A stretch of 64,000 nucleotides of DNA from Phaeosaccion multiseriatum (Eukaryota; Protista; Ochrophyta, other classes): the NCBI GenBank assembly GCA_965112735.1, contig OZ218961.1, forward strand, positions 2,294,001 through 2,358,000, read 5' to 3'. The translations under genes were made by a program, and so were the position numbers. Below the pieces are notes generated by a model that worked only from the letters and a program-made list of their open reading frames with translations, was not told the origin of the DNA and did no database searches. Below are positions 51,301-64,000 of this stretch, in pieces. Every line of letters starts with the position of its first letter. The first letter of the stretch is position 1.

Positions 51301-52274
51301 AACTAATGCGAATAGATTTTCATTCGAGGAACGCCCACCCTTGCTCTCTGAGGAACGGAAGAGGGAAATTATGTATGTGTGTGTGTTGTGTGTTGTGAGT
51401 ACGAATGGAAGAGGGACAGCTGAATGGCTGGTGATCGTACTTACGGGATCTCAACAACACAGCCTGGAGGCAGTACGGGTGCTGCTGCGGGGCTTGACGT
51501 CTCAAATCCGATGCAGTCACCACCATCAAACTCTGTGAACACACACAATCACCACGTGCGGCGAAGCGAAGGGGAGGAGCCATTAGAGGGCCGAGTAGTG
51601 TCAAGCTGGTTGGCTCACAGCTGGCGAGCTCTATTTGACCTGCCTGGAAAGTAGAGCTACCACCCACCCACCCACTCACTCACCGCATACTTCCGTGTTG
51701 TATTCTCCTCCGTCGCAGAAATCGTCGCCAATCCACGAGCTGAGGGGGTGAGGTGCAACCAGCGGCGAGAACAGGCAGGTTCAGGCGGAGAAACCAAAAC
51801 AAAGGAATGCGAATTCATTTTCATTCGGGGAACGCCTCCTCTTTTTCTGTGCAGAATGGAAAAGGAAACCACGCAAGAGGAAGGTAATAATAGTATATGC
51901 GTGCTTCCATATGGAATTGAATTGACGAGGGACAGCTGTATGAGAAGTGATCGTACTTACGGGATCTCAACAACACAACCGGGAGGGAAGTCGGGGGGAG
52001 GGAAGTGGGGAGGAATGCAATCTCCACCGTCGTAGTTACATTCCGTGGTGTTGTACGCGGGGCCATCGCATTCATGGTCACCGAGAAAGAATGGAAATAA
52101 TACATCACACCCTGGTGGGGGCCTGCACAAGCCACAAGCGACGAGGAGGGGAAGCAAGCAAGGTCGGGATGGGGAGGCGAGGGCGGTGAGGAGGGTCAGG
52201 TAGACTACTACTAGTACAGTGGAAAAGGCCAATGAAGGTGGAGATCGGTAGGCACGCACGATGCAGTACGTACG

Positions 52275-52315
<41 letters not shown>

Positions 52316-54154
52316 CGGCCAGTGCCGTCCACTTCTTGCTTCCACCCCCACACACTGAAACCTCCCTCTTCCTGCCCCCCTAACTGCTTCAAGAGTGCAC
52401 TGCTTCAAAGGGGTGCGTGGAATAGGAGCCTACCCTACTCACAGTATTGTCCGCGTTGTGTTGTCCAACACTTCATGCAGCTCGCGGAAGGCCTTGCGGA
52501 AGGGCTTGCGCTTCTTGCTCTTCGCCTTCTTGTTCTTGGCGTATGCAGCAGCAGCAGCAGCAGCAGCAGAGGGGATCTTGCGGCTTCCGGGGGCGATGGC
52601 TGCAACGCTGCCGGTGGTGGGAAGCAAGTCAAGGAATAAGGCAAAGCGACCGAGGCGGGGGGGATGGAGACAGACACAGAGTGGTGGGTGATGTTTCTTG
52701 AGGCTAAAGTACGAGGTGGGGAGAACGGAGGGTGGCGGCGGCAGCACCAGCAGTAGGCAGCCGCCGTGGAAGCCCTCAGGTCAGGCCGGACTGGCTGGCC
52801 GTATCTCAGTACACACTTACCTTTGCAGGTGCTTCGTGCTTGGCTCGGCGGCGAGGGCTTTGCCATACTTCAAGGGAGCGGAGAAGGTAAAGCAGGCCAG
52901 GTCCGCAGCAGCGTCACTCACGGTCACCTGCAGCAAGTGGGGGCAAGAGGAAGAAGGCAGACGGAGCGAGGGGGGAGGGGAGGAGTGCCGTTGGAGTTGT
53001 GCAGGAGGCCCTGCTTACACCACGAAGGCGGGCGGGTAGCTTTGGTGAGCGTGGCTATCATCAATCTTGCAGCCGACTACGTGACGCTTTGTTGTGGTTG
53101 TGGCTGCTACAGTAGACGACACACGGCCGGTGCCGTTGCTGGTATTTCCATTGCCACACGAACGTCGTCCTCGTCCTCGTTCTCGTCCTCCTCGTCCTCG
53201 TCCTCCTCGTCCTCCTCGTCCTCCTCCTCCTCGTCCTCCTCCTCCTCGTCCTCCTCCTCCTCGTCCTCCTCCTCCTCGTCCTCCTCCTCCTCGTCCTCCT
53301 CCTCCTCCTCGTCCTCCTCCTCCTCCTCGTCCTCCTCCTCCTCCTCGTCCTCCTCCTCCTCCTCGTCCTCCTCCTCCTCCTCGTCCTCCTCCTCCTCCTC
53401 CTCCTCGTCCTCCTCCTCCTCCTCCTCCTCGTCCTCCTCCTCGTCCTCCTCCTCGTCCTCCTCCTCGTCCTCCTCCTCGTCCTCCTCCTCGTCCTCCTCC
53501 TCGTCCTCCTCCTCGTCCTCCTCCTCGTCCTCCTCCTCGTCCTCCTCCTCGTCCTCCTCCTCGTCCTCCTCCTCGTCCTCCTCCTCGTCCTCCTCCTCCT
53601 CCTCCTCCTCCTCCTCCTCCTCCTCCTCCTCCTCCTCCTCCTCCTCCTCCTCCTCCTCCTCCTCCTCCTCCTCCTCCTCCTCCTCCTCTCACCTTCACCG
53701 CCCCTTCAGTGCCCAGGTCCTGCTTCAGCCCCGAGGCGGCATCTTGCATCTCGCTGAAGGACGTGCACGCCTTGTACATCGATGAGGTATGGGCTGGGTC
53801 AGCTTTAATGCTGATGATGGTGGCACTCTTTCGATCGACACGCTTGGCCTTCGCTTGATCTTCCTTGTGGATGTTCTGCGAGAGAGCGAGGGGAAAGTAG
53901 GGGTGAGCGAGGACGTCAGAGCGAAGACCGGCTTGGCGGGGTGCAGCAGCAGAGGCGCGCCAACCGCGATGAACAGGCCACCCCCCACGTAGGTCACTTG
54001 TTTGTTGGCAGGATTTCCCTCTTTGCTTGCTTGTTCTTCCTCATACAACAACACAACTCACGTATTTTCGGGTGACTATTTTCTCGTCGCCGCTGGCCCC
54101 CACCATCACCACGGCTGTGAGCGGTAGTCCCAGTAGCAGCAGCGTCTTGCCCAT
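47397..54154 (-). CDS. Secreted protein with six LNR (Lin12/Notch) repeats and a Cys-rich C-terminal module
   Basis: Signal [20 protein letters not shown]. Repeats such as [22 protein letters not shown] and [26 protein letters not shown]-terminal [21 protein letters not shown]. Splice phases consistent across the LNR and terminal exons. Confidence 0.8.
47541..47905. repeat. 71-bp minisatellite (5 full copies) filling the last intron of the LNR gene
   Basis: TGTCACTCATGGCCAAGTGCTT.. at 47541, 47612, 47683, 47754, 47825. Confidence 0.95.
49700..51960. repeat. Tandem exon-intron duplication units (~477-500 bp), each encoding one LNR repeat
   Basis: TCGCCAATCCACGAGCTGAGG at 49754, 50231, 50708 (477-bp period), with diverged copies at ~51225 and ~51726. 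Confidence 0.9.
53160..53688. repeat. (CCT/CGT)n microsatellite in LNR-gene intron
   Basis: Direct reading. It starts immediately after the minus-strand donor at ~53692. Confidence 0.95.
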
Positions 54155-54585
54155 GTTGGTCATCCTTGGTGTTGGTCTCTTTGGCTGGTTTTCTGTTCTG
54201 CGATCTGCTGAGAGTGGCTGATGAGAGAGGAAGGCAGGAGTGGAAGCAGAAGACCAGTGCGCCGAAGACCCTGATAAGCCCCCCTCTAGACTACATCGCT
54301 CTGGAAGTACTGTTTGCCAGTGAGAGAGAGGGAAAAAAAAGAAGAAAGAAAAATAAAAAGGTGATACAAAAATTGTACCATCAAGATTTCGATCGATTTT
54401 TCATCGCAAAAGACCTCGAATACACAAAAGTCGAGGCGAAAGTCGACCTTGACATCCGTTGCCATCTGGCCGTACAGCCCAAGCAGATGGATGAAGGGAG
54501 GGCGAAGTACATTACGGTAACAGCAACTGTGGAAGGGAAGAAGAGAGGAAGGAAGTATATGAAACACACATATTGCAAATTTTGT

Positions 54586-54903
54586 TTATTCACCCCCGGA
54601 GTCTGCTGGCCCGGACCCTCCTCCCCCTGACAACAACCACTTGCGTCGAGAGGCGGTCTTGCGCAGTAGCTGTGGCACGGGCACGGCTATCTGCACAATG
54701 TTGCCGTCCTGCGTCCCCGCCACGAGCGAGACTCCTCCATCGAGGGTGGCTCCGAGCGTGCCCACGCAGCAGAAGGAGCAGCCCTCTCGGACCACCTCCT
54801 GCACGAGTACTCCACATCTGTGGTGTGGTGTGGTGTGGTGTGGTGTGGTTTGGTTAGAAGGGCAGCACACACATACACAACACGCATGCACACACACACA
54901 CAA

Positions 54904-54937
<34 letters not shown>

Positions 54938-57900
54938 ACACTATACACACACTCACCTCATCTCCTCGATGGCCCCCTCCTGTTGCTGCTGTATCACCAA
55001 CTGCTGATCCTCCTGCCCCATGAGGGTATAGTCCCATAGCCGCATGGAGCACTCAGAGGCGCAGCACGTCACTAAAGCACCCTCCGCCCCTCCCATGGGC
55101 GCCATTGCCAAGGCCTGGGCCAGCCGTGTGGGGGGAGCAGTGGAGACAGGGGGGTTTTGGGGGGTGAGGGTTATTGGCTGCTCTGCTTTGGTTTGCTTTG
55201 GGCAAGCAGGTAACGACATCCCTTCCGCCGGGCACCTCTCTTGTTCCCTCTCCCTCTCCGTAAGCTTTCCTCCCTCCCTCCCTCCCTCCCTCCCTCCCTC
55301 CCTCCCTCCCTCCCTCCCTCCCTCCTTCCCTCCTTCCCTCCCTCCCTCCCTCCCTCCCTCCCTCCCTCCCTCCCTCCCTCCCTCCCTCCCTCCCTCCCTC
55401 CCTCCCTCCCTCCCTCCCTCCCTCCCTCCCTCCCTCCCTCCCTCTTTCTCTCTCTTCCCCCTCTCCTCTCTCTCCTCCACTCCACAATCTTCCTCGCCCT
55501 CCCTCCATCACTCTCCCTCCCTCCCTCCATCACTCTCCCTCCCTCCCTCCCTCCCTCCCTCCCTTGGAGCATGTACCACCAACCTGTATAGGATGTTCGG
55601 GGTGTGCGGGAATGACACCGCAGAGCAGTGCCCCATCTCCTCCTGATGCGCCATCTGTGACGATATTGATCGTGTTCCACACTCGCACAATTCCCTCATG
55701 CCCCGCGCTGAAGAGGAAGAACCCGTCTGGTATGAGAGATAGGGGGATAGAGGGAGGGAGAGTCACACACGTGAGAGGGCAAGAGGGCACATGTAAGAGG
55801 GCAAGGGCATCGGGAAGAGGGGAACAGGGAGAGAGAGCGAGGGAGGAAGTGGAGGGAGGGAGGGAGGGAGGGAGGGAGGGTGTGTAGTCTCGTGTCCGTC
55901 ACACTCATTCACTCACTCACTCACTCACTGCACTCGCTAACTCACTCACTCACTCACTCACTCTCTCACTCACTCACTCACTCACTCACGCACTCACTCA
56001 CTCACTCCACTCACCCGCCAGAAGGGCGTACACACTGTCCTTGTGCCCCTCTAACTCCGCAAGCATGCAACGTTTGTGGAATGACCACAGCCGCACAACG
56101 CCGTCGTTCCCCGCCGAGGCAAACACCCCGCCATCGCCGATGAAGCAGAGAGCCAACACCTCGCAGTCGTCGTCATCTGTTGCTGCCATCAAAAGCAAAG
56201 AGCCCCCCGCCCCCGTCCCTGCTCCCACCCCTCCACCGTCCCCTCCACCGTCCCCTCCACCGTCCCTTCCGCCACCCCCAAGGATCCCGTTGTAGTCTTC
56301 CCTCTTGTCTTCGCCCCGCAGCTCTCCCTCACACATATGCACATCAAAACCAACCCCAGGAGACCTCTGTGGTCTTGTCGTTGGTGCTGCTGTTGTTGTA
56401 TTACCAACTGCTGCCCTTCCTTCTGAATCATCACGACAGGAGCTGCCTCTTTCCCTGCTCCTGTCGCCTCCCCGCCCACTGCTGCGATCTCTCCTCTCTC
56501 CTCGAGAGGACCCGGCTCTACGGCCTCCTCTCCCTCCTCCTGTCCCGGGCACCACTCCACTCCTCAACCCCACCCCTGTGCCGTGAGCGTTTCCGAGCTT
56601 GCGTTGCAAAGTGGGTAGGGTTTGAGCGGTGAGTCCGTCCTTGGCATAGGCTGCCCACAGGTTGAGCTGTCCGTCGTAGCAGCCGCTCACCATGAGCAAG
56701 TTGCCCTAGTACGATACGAGGGCCGGGGGGGGGGGGGGGGTTCAAGACGAAGGGGCAGAGGGCAGAGCACAGCAGTTGGTGGTATAGCGCAGCACCCTGG
56801 AAGCAAGAGGCGAAGGTCTAGTAGCTAAACTTCAACCCAGAGGAAGTCAAACTCACATTCAAACTCTCACTCCAACTCCCTTGCCATGTGCCCTATGTGC
56901 ACCATCCACTCCTATGCCCATATGCCCTATACCCATATGCCTTATACCCACCCCACATGCCCTATACCCATATGCCTTATATCCACATGCCCTATACCCA
57001 TATGCCCTATACCCATATGCCCCATACCCATATGCCCTATACCCATATGCCCTATACCCATATGCCCTATACCCATATGCCCTATACCCATGTGCCCTAT
57101 ACCCATATGCCTTATACCCACATGCCCTATACCCCATAGGCCCTATATCCATATGCCCTATACCCATATGCCCTATACCCATATGCCCCATACCCATATG
57201 CCCTATACCCATATGCCCAATACCCATATACCCTTTACCCATATGCCGTATACCCATATGCCCTTTACCCATATGCCCTATGCCCATATGCCCTATACCC
57301 ATATGCCCTATACCCATATACCCTATGCCCATATGCCCTATACCCATATGCCCTATACCCATATGCCCTGTACCCATATGCCCCATACCCATAAGCCCTA
57401 TTCCCATATGCCCTATACCCATATACCCTATGTCCATATGCCCTATACCCATATGCCCTATACCCATATGCCCTATACCCATATGCCCTATACCCATATA
57501 CCCTATGTCCATATGCCCATATGCCTGTCTACCCATATACCCGCACTCACCTGATCGTCCATGGCGGTGGCGAGGGCCGCTACGCTGTTGTCGTGCTCCT
57601 TCAAGGTGGTGGTGAGGCCCTTTGCAAGCTCCAGAAAGCGCACCTCTCCAGCAGCATTCCCTATTTTTGCAAGAGAGGGAGAGAGGGAGAGAGAGAGGGA
57701 GGGAGAGGGAGGGAAAGAGGGAGAGAGAGAGAGAAGAGGGAGAGAGAGAGGGAAGAGGGAGAGGGAGGGAGAGAGGGAGAGGGAGAGAGGGGGGGAAAGT
57801 TCAACACACATGCACGTGTATCTGATGTATTGTCCGTCCCCCAAGGGACATTCACGCACACACCAACAAACGCACGGATGTACACACATACGCCCACACA

Positions 57901-58845
57901 CGCACACACACGCACACACACGCACACACAAGCACACACACACGCATACACAAACACACACGCACACACACACGCACACATACACGCACACACCACCCCC
58001 CCCCTGTATCACCAACACACCTACCTGTGGCCACCATATCCTCAGCGCTGGGCAGCTGCACGATGCACATGACCTCCACCTTGTCTTTGACTCTCATTCT
58101 CCTACTCATGCCCAGCGTCTCCCACACGCTCACCGCCCCGTCAAGCCCTGCAGACACCACGTGAGCGCCATAGTCCTCGCCTGTTAAAAGAACCCCCAGC
58201 AGGACAGGGTTGCGCGCGGAGGAGGGGGGAGGGTGTGGTGTGTGTGTGTGTGTGTGTGGGTGGGTGGGTGCAGTGTGACCCCGGAGGGGAGGGGAGGGGA
58301 GCGAGAAGGGGGGGGGGGGCAGGGGAGGAGAAGTGGGGAAGAGAAGAGGAAGAGAAGGGGAAGAGAAGAGGAGGAGAAGAGGGGAAGAAGAGAAGGATCA
58401 GGGCTACGTCCGACCACTGCTGTGAAGAATCGGCTCCTTCTTCAGTACCTTGCTTCTTGCTTGTAGAATCTTTTCGGGCCGCGTTATTCCCTCTCCTTCT
58501 TCTGCTCTTCCGTCTCCTCTTCTGCTGACCGTCGCCCCCCCCCTCCTCGTCGTCATCCTCCTCGTCGTCCTCGTCGTCCTCGTCGTCCTCCCCCTCTCCC
58601 TCATCCTCCTCCTTGTCGTCGTCTTCAGTCCACCCCCCTTCCTGATCCTCATTCTCCTCCTCCTCTACCCCTTCCTCCTCCCGTTGCCGTGCTCTCCTTC
58701 CCCTTGCCCCCTCCTCCTCCTCTCCTCCTCGTAGCCCCTCACCCTCATCCTCCGGCCCCTCGCCTCCCTCCACCCCCTCCTTCTCCTCCCCCTCTTCCTC
58801 CTTCTGCCGCTGTCGACGCTGCTCTTCCTCCTCCTCCTGCTGCTT

Positions 58846-58881
<36 letters not shown>

Positions 58882-60265
58882 TATCACCAACTGTTCTTGC
58901 CGATGCCGCTGCTGCACCTTGGCTGCCGCTGCCACCCCCTTTGCCGTCTTCTTCACCAGCAACCCCACCACGGAATCTTCACACTTGCCCAACTGGACAT
59001 AATCCAAATTTTTGAAAATGTTTACCCGAAAGATGCACGCCTCCGAAGGACTGAGCACAGTCACCACCCCCGTGGCTTTGCTCAAATGCATCCCGGCGGA
59101 GAGGGCAGGGACTTGCTCCGTCCGCCGAAAGCCTCCCTTTGGTGCCGTTTTGGCAAGCTTCTTCCGCATGAGCCTGCTCTCCGTGTATGTGTTCCACACC
59201 TGTCGGCAGAGGCATGGGGGGGGGTCGGAGAGAGAAAGGTCACAGTTCTTAGAGTGGGTCGCAGCGGTGATGGTGGTGGTGGTGGTGGTGGTCATGATGA
59301 TAGCTGTAGTGATGGTGGTGATGATGGTGATAGTGGTGATGGTGATGGTGGTGATGGTGATGGTGGTGGTGGTGGTGGTGGTGGTGGTGGTGGTGGTGGT
59401 GGTGGTCACAAAGGTGATGGTAATGAGAGAGGACGACGTACGGCGCAATCGAAACCTCCCTCCCTCCCTCCCTCCCTCCCTCCCTCCCTCCCTCCCTCCC
59501 TCCCTCCCTCCCTCCCATCCTTTCTATCTAATCGGCGTCCCTCTCTTACCTCGATGAACCCATCAGCATCCGCCAACACGAGATGTTCCAGTTGCAAGTC
59601 CCATGCGGCGCCTTGACACCGCACACACAAGTCGAGCCGAGCAACGTGTGAACGACAAGCCGGGCAAGCAGGGCAATCGATACACATTTATGGATCATGG
59701 ACTCAATGATCATCATGATCACCAAGTTCAGCTCCTTCTCTCTTCCTCTCTATCTCTATATCTTGCCCCCTTCCTCTCCCTCCTCCCCACCTTGCGATCC
59801 ATGCCCCCCCTTGTCTGTCCCTCCTTCCCTCCCTCCCTCCCTCCCTCCCTCCCTCCCTCCATCGGTCCCTCCCTCTCTCCCTCACCCGTATACACCGCCT
59901 TGCGCTCGTTGGCGATAACGATGATGAGGCTCCCCTTGAGATAATCCACAATCTTACACGTGCCGTCAGCAGACAGACTAATCAGGATGTTGTGCTCTGC
60001 CACCATCTTCAGGGAGACAACGCCCAGCCTGTGCAAGCGCTGCCACTGCCTCGACAGTTTCACCTCGTCCGGATCGAGCTGACGGACTGAAACTCCATGG
60101 ACCTGTACATTAACATGTGTGCGTGGGTATCGTAGATGGATGGCCATGGAAAGGGGGAGAAGGAATGGATGGAAAAGAGTCAATCGGACGGACGGAGAAA
60201 GACATCGGTCAATGGAGAAGTGTCTGTGTCAGGTTCTCTCTCTCCTCTCTTCCTCTCCCCATCCT

Positions 60266-60311
<46 letters not shown>

Positions 60312-61945
60312 TTCTCAGACAAACAACAAGGCTCTGGTACGGAGTTGGGCACTGCACTGCAGAGTAAGCGTGAGCGGCTCTCCTCAGTACTCGGCACCTC
60401 CCACTTGTACTGTACCTGTGTGCTTCTGCTCACGGTCATGGACTCTGCGTATCTGGAGTAAGTGGACACCGTTCCCTCACTGTCCCCCACGTAGCAGCTC
60501 CACTCATCGCTACCCTCCACGAGCATTGCTGTGGGCCACACACCCACAGCTGAGCTCCCTCCTGGAAGTGGGGGTAGGAGCGTGTGGCAGGAGGCGTGTA
60601 GGTAAGCAAAGTAGGCTAGGAGGAGGAGGAAGAAGGCAATGGAAAAGGAAGTGATGGCACACACACACACATACATACACACACAGACATATATACACAC
60701 AAATACATATATATACAGCACACACACACACACGTGCACGTACACAATCACACACCTGGCGCGGTGCGAGCAACGTCAATGGTCATAACACAGCAGAAGA
60801 AGGGGTTGAGTAGCAGCGTCCGCCCCTCCTGCTCCCTCCACACCCTCAGCTTGCCGTCCCTGGCGGCGCTTAGCAGCGAGCCGTCAGCTGTGAACTGGAG
60901 AGCCAACACGCCCCCCCGGTGCTGTGCCATTGTCTGCAGGCACATCTCTTTGTTGGTGAAGTCGCTCCAAGCATCCCACGCCTTGTTCGGTGCCGTACGG
61001 TGGCGGAAGAGGAACGATAAGAGAACAACAAGGCGGCGGGGATGGTGTGTCGTGGAATGGAATAAATTGTAGGAGGTTGTTGTGAACGTTGTTTTCCGCG
61101 CTCCACCCCACCGCACCCCACCGGCCCTCTCAGCTACCCACGCCCCTGTATCGCCAACACCCCCACACCCCTGTACTGCATACCTTGATCACATGGTCTG
61201 CCCCACCGCTGAACACCAGGGGCCTCCCCAGCCCGGTGAAGGTTCCTGCCCGTGTGTGGGTGAGGGCGGTGACGGCTCCTCTGTGTGGGGAAGAGGTGGT
61301 CATTGTGTCTTCCCTGCGCTCCCCCACCGCCGAGCCTCCGAACTTGTTCCGTGGTGTAAGCTTCCAGAAGGCGATTCGGCCGTCGGTCTTCACCAGGGGT
61401 AGGAGAGTGGAGGGAGGGAGAGAGGGGGTCAGCGAGAAGTGGAGGTAGGGGTTTACATGGACAAGTGAGAGAGTGAGACGATAGAAAATGCGTTGCCGGC
61501 AGCAGGGAGAGAGACGAGAGAAGGCGGGAGGGGGACGTTCGAGAGAGAGGCACCAAGATATGCTGCTAGAGAGACACCGAGAGAAACATTAGAAAGGAGC
61601 TACAAGAGAGGGGAGTCGCTCAGTACTCACTCTGCCAGCGAACATGAAGTCGTGCTCCGACTCCAGCTTGGAGGTGACCTCAAAGGTGGTATATCTGGGC
61701 CGGTTCTGGGACAGGTTGAAGTCCTGCGTGGTCATCTCATAGCGCGCCTGCCGCGTGTTACTGCTCCAATGCTTACCCTCCTTGTCCTCAGTCACCACCA
61801 GGCGCTCCGTGACAGTGCAATCCATCTCCTTCGTTGATGCTGGGTCGTTGGGCTGGGGCGCTGGGCCGGCTGGCCTCTCCTCTGCTGCTTGCTCCTGCGG
61901 GTCGACACTTCCTTCACCACGGTGATACGTGGGGAATGGGAGCAC
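54586..61945 (-). CDS. WD40-repeat protein, multi-exon (start uncertain)
   Basis: HRGAVTAL..VFSGGADHVIKAWD, HRGGVLALQF..LLSAARDGKLRVW, ISLSADGTCKIVD, VSAGLDGAVSVWE, HDNSVAAL, VSGCYDGQLNLW, FASAGNDGVVRLW..LEGHKDSVYAL, FSAGHEGIVRVWN. Stop at 54586. Confidence 0.9.
56885..57540. repeat. 15-bp (CCCATATGCCCTATA)n minisatellite in WD40 intron
   Basis: About 40 copies beginning right after the minus-strand donor at ~57550. Confidence 0.95.
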
Positions 61946-62126
61946 CTAGTAGAGAGAGAGGAGGCGTGACAGCTACGGGAGAGGGGGCCATGGCTAAACA
62001 AAAGAAACAACTCTTTACTGTAGGGCTTTTGGCGGTTGGCAGGGTTGCTTGCGTCAAGGCCCCTGACTTACGAGAACTGTGTGACTGGATCAATCGCAGA
62101 CTGGCTTCAAGAGCCGGGCCGTCGTC

Positions 62127-63888
62127 ATGAAGGAGGAGCAGCGAGACGAGATGGATGTGTCGGATGCCATGATGGATGATGGCGTCGGCCTCAGCGACGT
62201 GGAAGACGGGAGCCTGGTGGTGCGTATTCCCGTATTTCTCTGTACGACCTTCAACCTCGTCACCTCATCTTGTTGCACTTGCAACACACCCCGCGCTGCC
62301 CGTCCCTTTCAGAATGAAGCTCTCATCTGCAGATTTCTGAGTACCTTCGGTGAAGGCTACGCCGAAATGGAGGAGAGTGTGCGGTCGGTGGACCGCCTGA
62401 GCCTCGACACGGACGAGGAGGAAATGGAAGACGAAGGTGCAATCGTCGTATGGCTCTACACTTTTTCCCGCTTTATCTGCTCCTGAAGCCCCTTCCCCCC
62501 CCCACCGTCCCTCTTCCCACCAACAGTGGAAGTCACCGTGGCGGAAAGGCTCCGCTTGCGTGCCGGCGAGACGCTGTTCGATTTATCTTGTACCCCCCCG
62601 AACGCCGACGTCATGGTTCGGTATGGGCTGGCAGGAGTAGTGTCTTGCGTCCTTGATGAGACTCGGGGCGGAACGGCGGAGGGACGGGCCCCTGCACAGG
62701 TAGGGGCACGTCATATGAGGACCGTTGTCCAATGTATCACGCAGCCTAGCGCCCGAACGTCGCTCGATGGACCTCGCGTCTCAGCATGCCCCGCTCTGCT
62801 TTGTTTCACCTTGCTTTTTGCTTTTGCCTTTGCTTTGCTTGCTTTGCTTGCTTTGCCTTGCCCCTTGCCTTGCCCCTTGCCTTGCCCCTTGCCTTGCCCT
62901 GGGGTGCTGCGGCAGGTGACATCCATGTCCGAGACGATGGCCCTACGGTTACAAGAGATCGCCCTCGGCACTGCCGCCAATTGCGCTTCCCACACCGACC
63001 TAGTTAGGAGACTGCTCGGGACTGAGGTGTATGTAGAGCCAGGGAATAGTAGTGGTGGAGGGCAGGGGCAGCAAGCGGCTGATACGACTACCACCACCAG
63101 CAGCAGCAGCAGCAGCAGCGGTGCGGCTCCACCGCCACCGGACCCTTCAGCAGAAGACTCTGCGGAGTACCACCCTTCCTTACCGCCACCTCACCCTGTT
63201 GCTGTGAGCACAGTAGCGCCAGCACCACCACCAGAGCCTCGGCCGATGGTGGTCGCGTACAGACAAGATGCCAACTTCGCTGCTCAGCTGCTCATCACTC
63301 TGCACACGTGCGAAGACCCGTGCTGTCTGCGTGAACTGCTCCGCCTCTTCTGTTCTGTGATTCAGTTCGCACCCCGTGAGACATGCGCTTTGTGTGAGGG
63401 CCTTCGCGCCCCGGACTCTCTGCGCCTGTTGGCCTTCATCCTTCAGAACTCGCTCAATGCTTCGCTACTGGCCAGAGCGTGTCAGTTTGCCTACCTTCTA
63501 ATGTTCTTCTATGGGAAGGAGGTCATAGTGCGTCTGCTGCGACCTCCGTCGATTTCGGAGCAAGGAGGAGGAGGGGGGGGAGGAGGAGAAGGAGAAGGAG
63601 GAGGAGTGGGAGGAGGAGGAGGAGGGGGGGGAGGAGGAGAAGGAGGAGAAGGAGGAGGAGTGGGAGGAGGAGGTGGAAGTGCGGCACTAGCGGCAGCAGC
63701 AGCAGCCGCCGCCGCAGCCGCAGCAGCAGGAGCAGGCGCAGCAGTTGGTGATTCGCCGGGTGCTTCATCTACCATGCCGCCTGCGGTGTCGCTCTCATCG
63801 ATCAATCAAGGCATTGATACCATACTGGTGAGGAGAGGCGGGGAAAGTTGCATGGATATCGTACAGGGGAAACAGTGGTACCACACCA
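62127..63888 (+). CDS. SAAL1: SAAL1-like armadillo-type protein (continues beyond the window)
   Basis: ETLFDLSC, RLQEIALGTAANCASH, LHTCEDPCCLRELLRLF, LAFILQNSLNASLL resemble recalled SAAL1 motifs (RLREICVGILGNMAC, DPPTLLETSRLL, FIMSSSTNVDLL). GT-AG exons. Confidence 0.7.
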
Positions 63889-64000
63889 ACGAGGGAGGGA
63901 CAAGCGTTGAATAGAGGCATTGATGTAAGAAGAGTCTGCGTAGGAAGGCGACAGAGTATGTGTGCGTGTGTGTGTCTGTGTGTGTCTCTGTGTGTCTGTG

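Overview
Eukaryotic, intron-rich genomic DNA whose introns are filled with microsatellites. It is probably a photosynthetic stramenopile (ochrophyte-like); this is inferred from gene content such as a nuclear plastid-type bL28, 'CPW' ankyrin genes and an LNR protein, and is not proven. Almost all long ORFs in the track are microsatellite artefacts, so genes were rebuilt by hand from GT-AG exons. Genes found: a hypothetical gene (-), a ~23 kb GCN2 eIF2-alpha kinase (+), a coiled-coil gene (-), a MaoC/hotdog dehydratase (+), plastid-type ribosomal bL28 (-), a cathepsin D-like aspartic protease (+), a secreted 6x LNR (Notch-repeat) protein (-), a WD40 protein (-) and a SAAL1-like gene (+, partial). 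Between GCN2 and the coiled-coil gene (~26.0-34.65 kb) lies an accessory island. It holds three ~2.2-2.6 kb cassettes separated by telomere-like (CCCTGA)n arrays. Each cassette carries an F-box-like/ankyrin gene with a near-identical scaffold but hypervariable binding-face residues. The island also contains MITEs, a solo LTR, a fold-back insertion and excision-like footprints. The most striking window-wide signal is a set of 10-16 nt oligomers (GGATGGCAGTGGATGG, GTTGGTGATACAG, GGCATATGGG, GGTGTCAGGAC). They recur far above chance, invade exons, and show splice-site-relative polarity: G-form after donors and in exons, reverse-complement C-form before acceptors.
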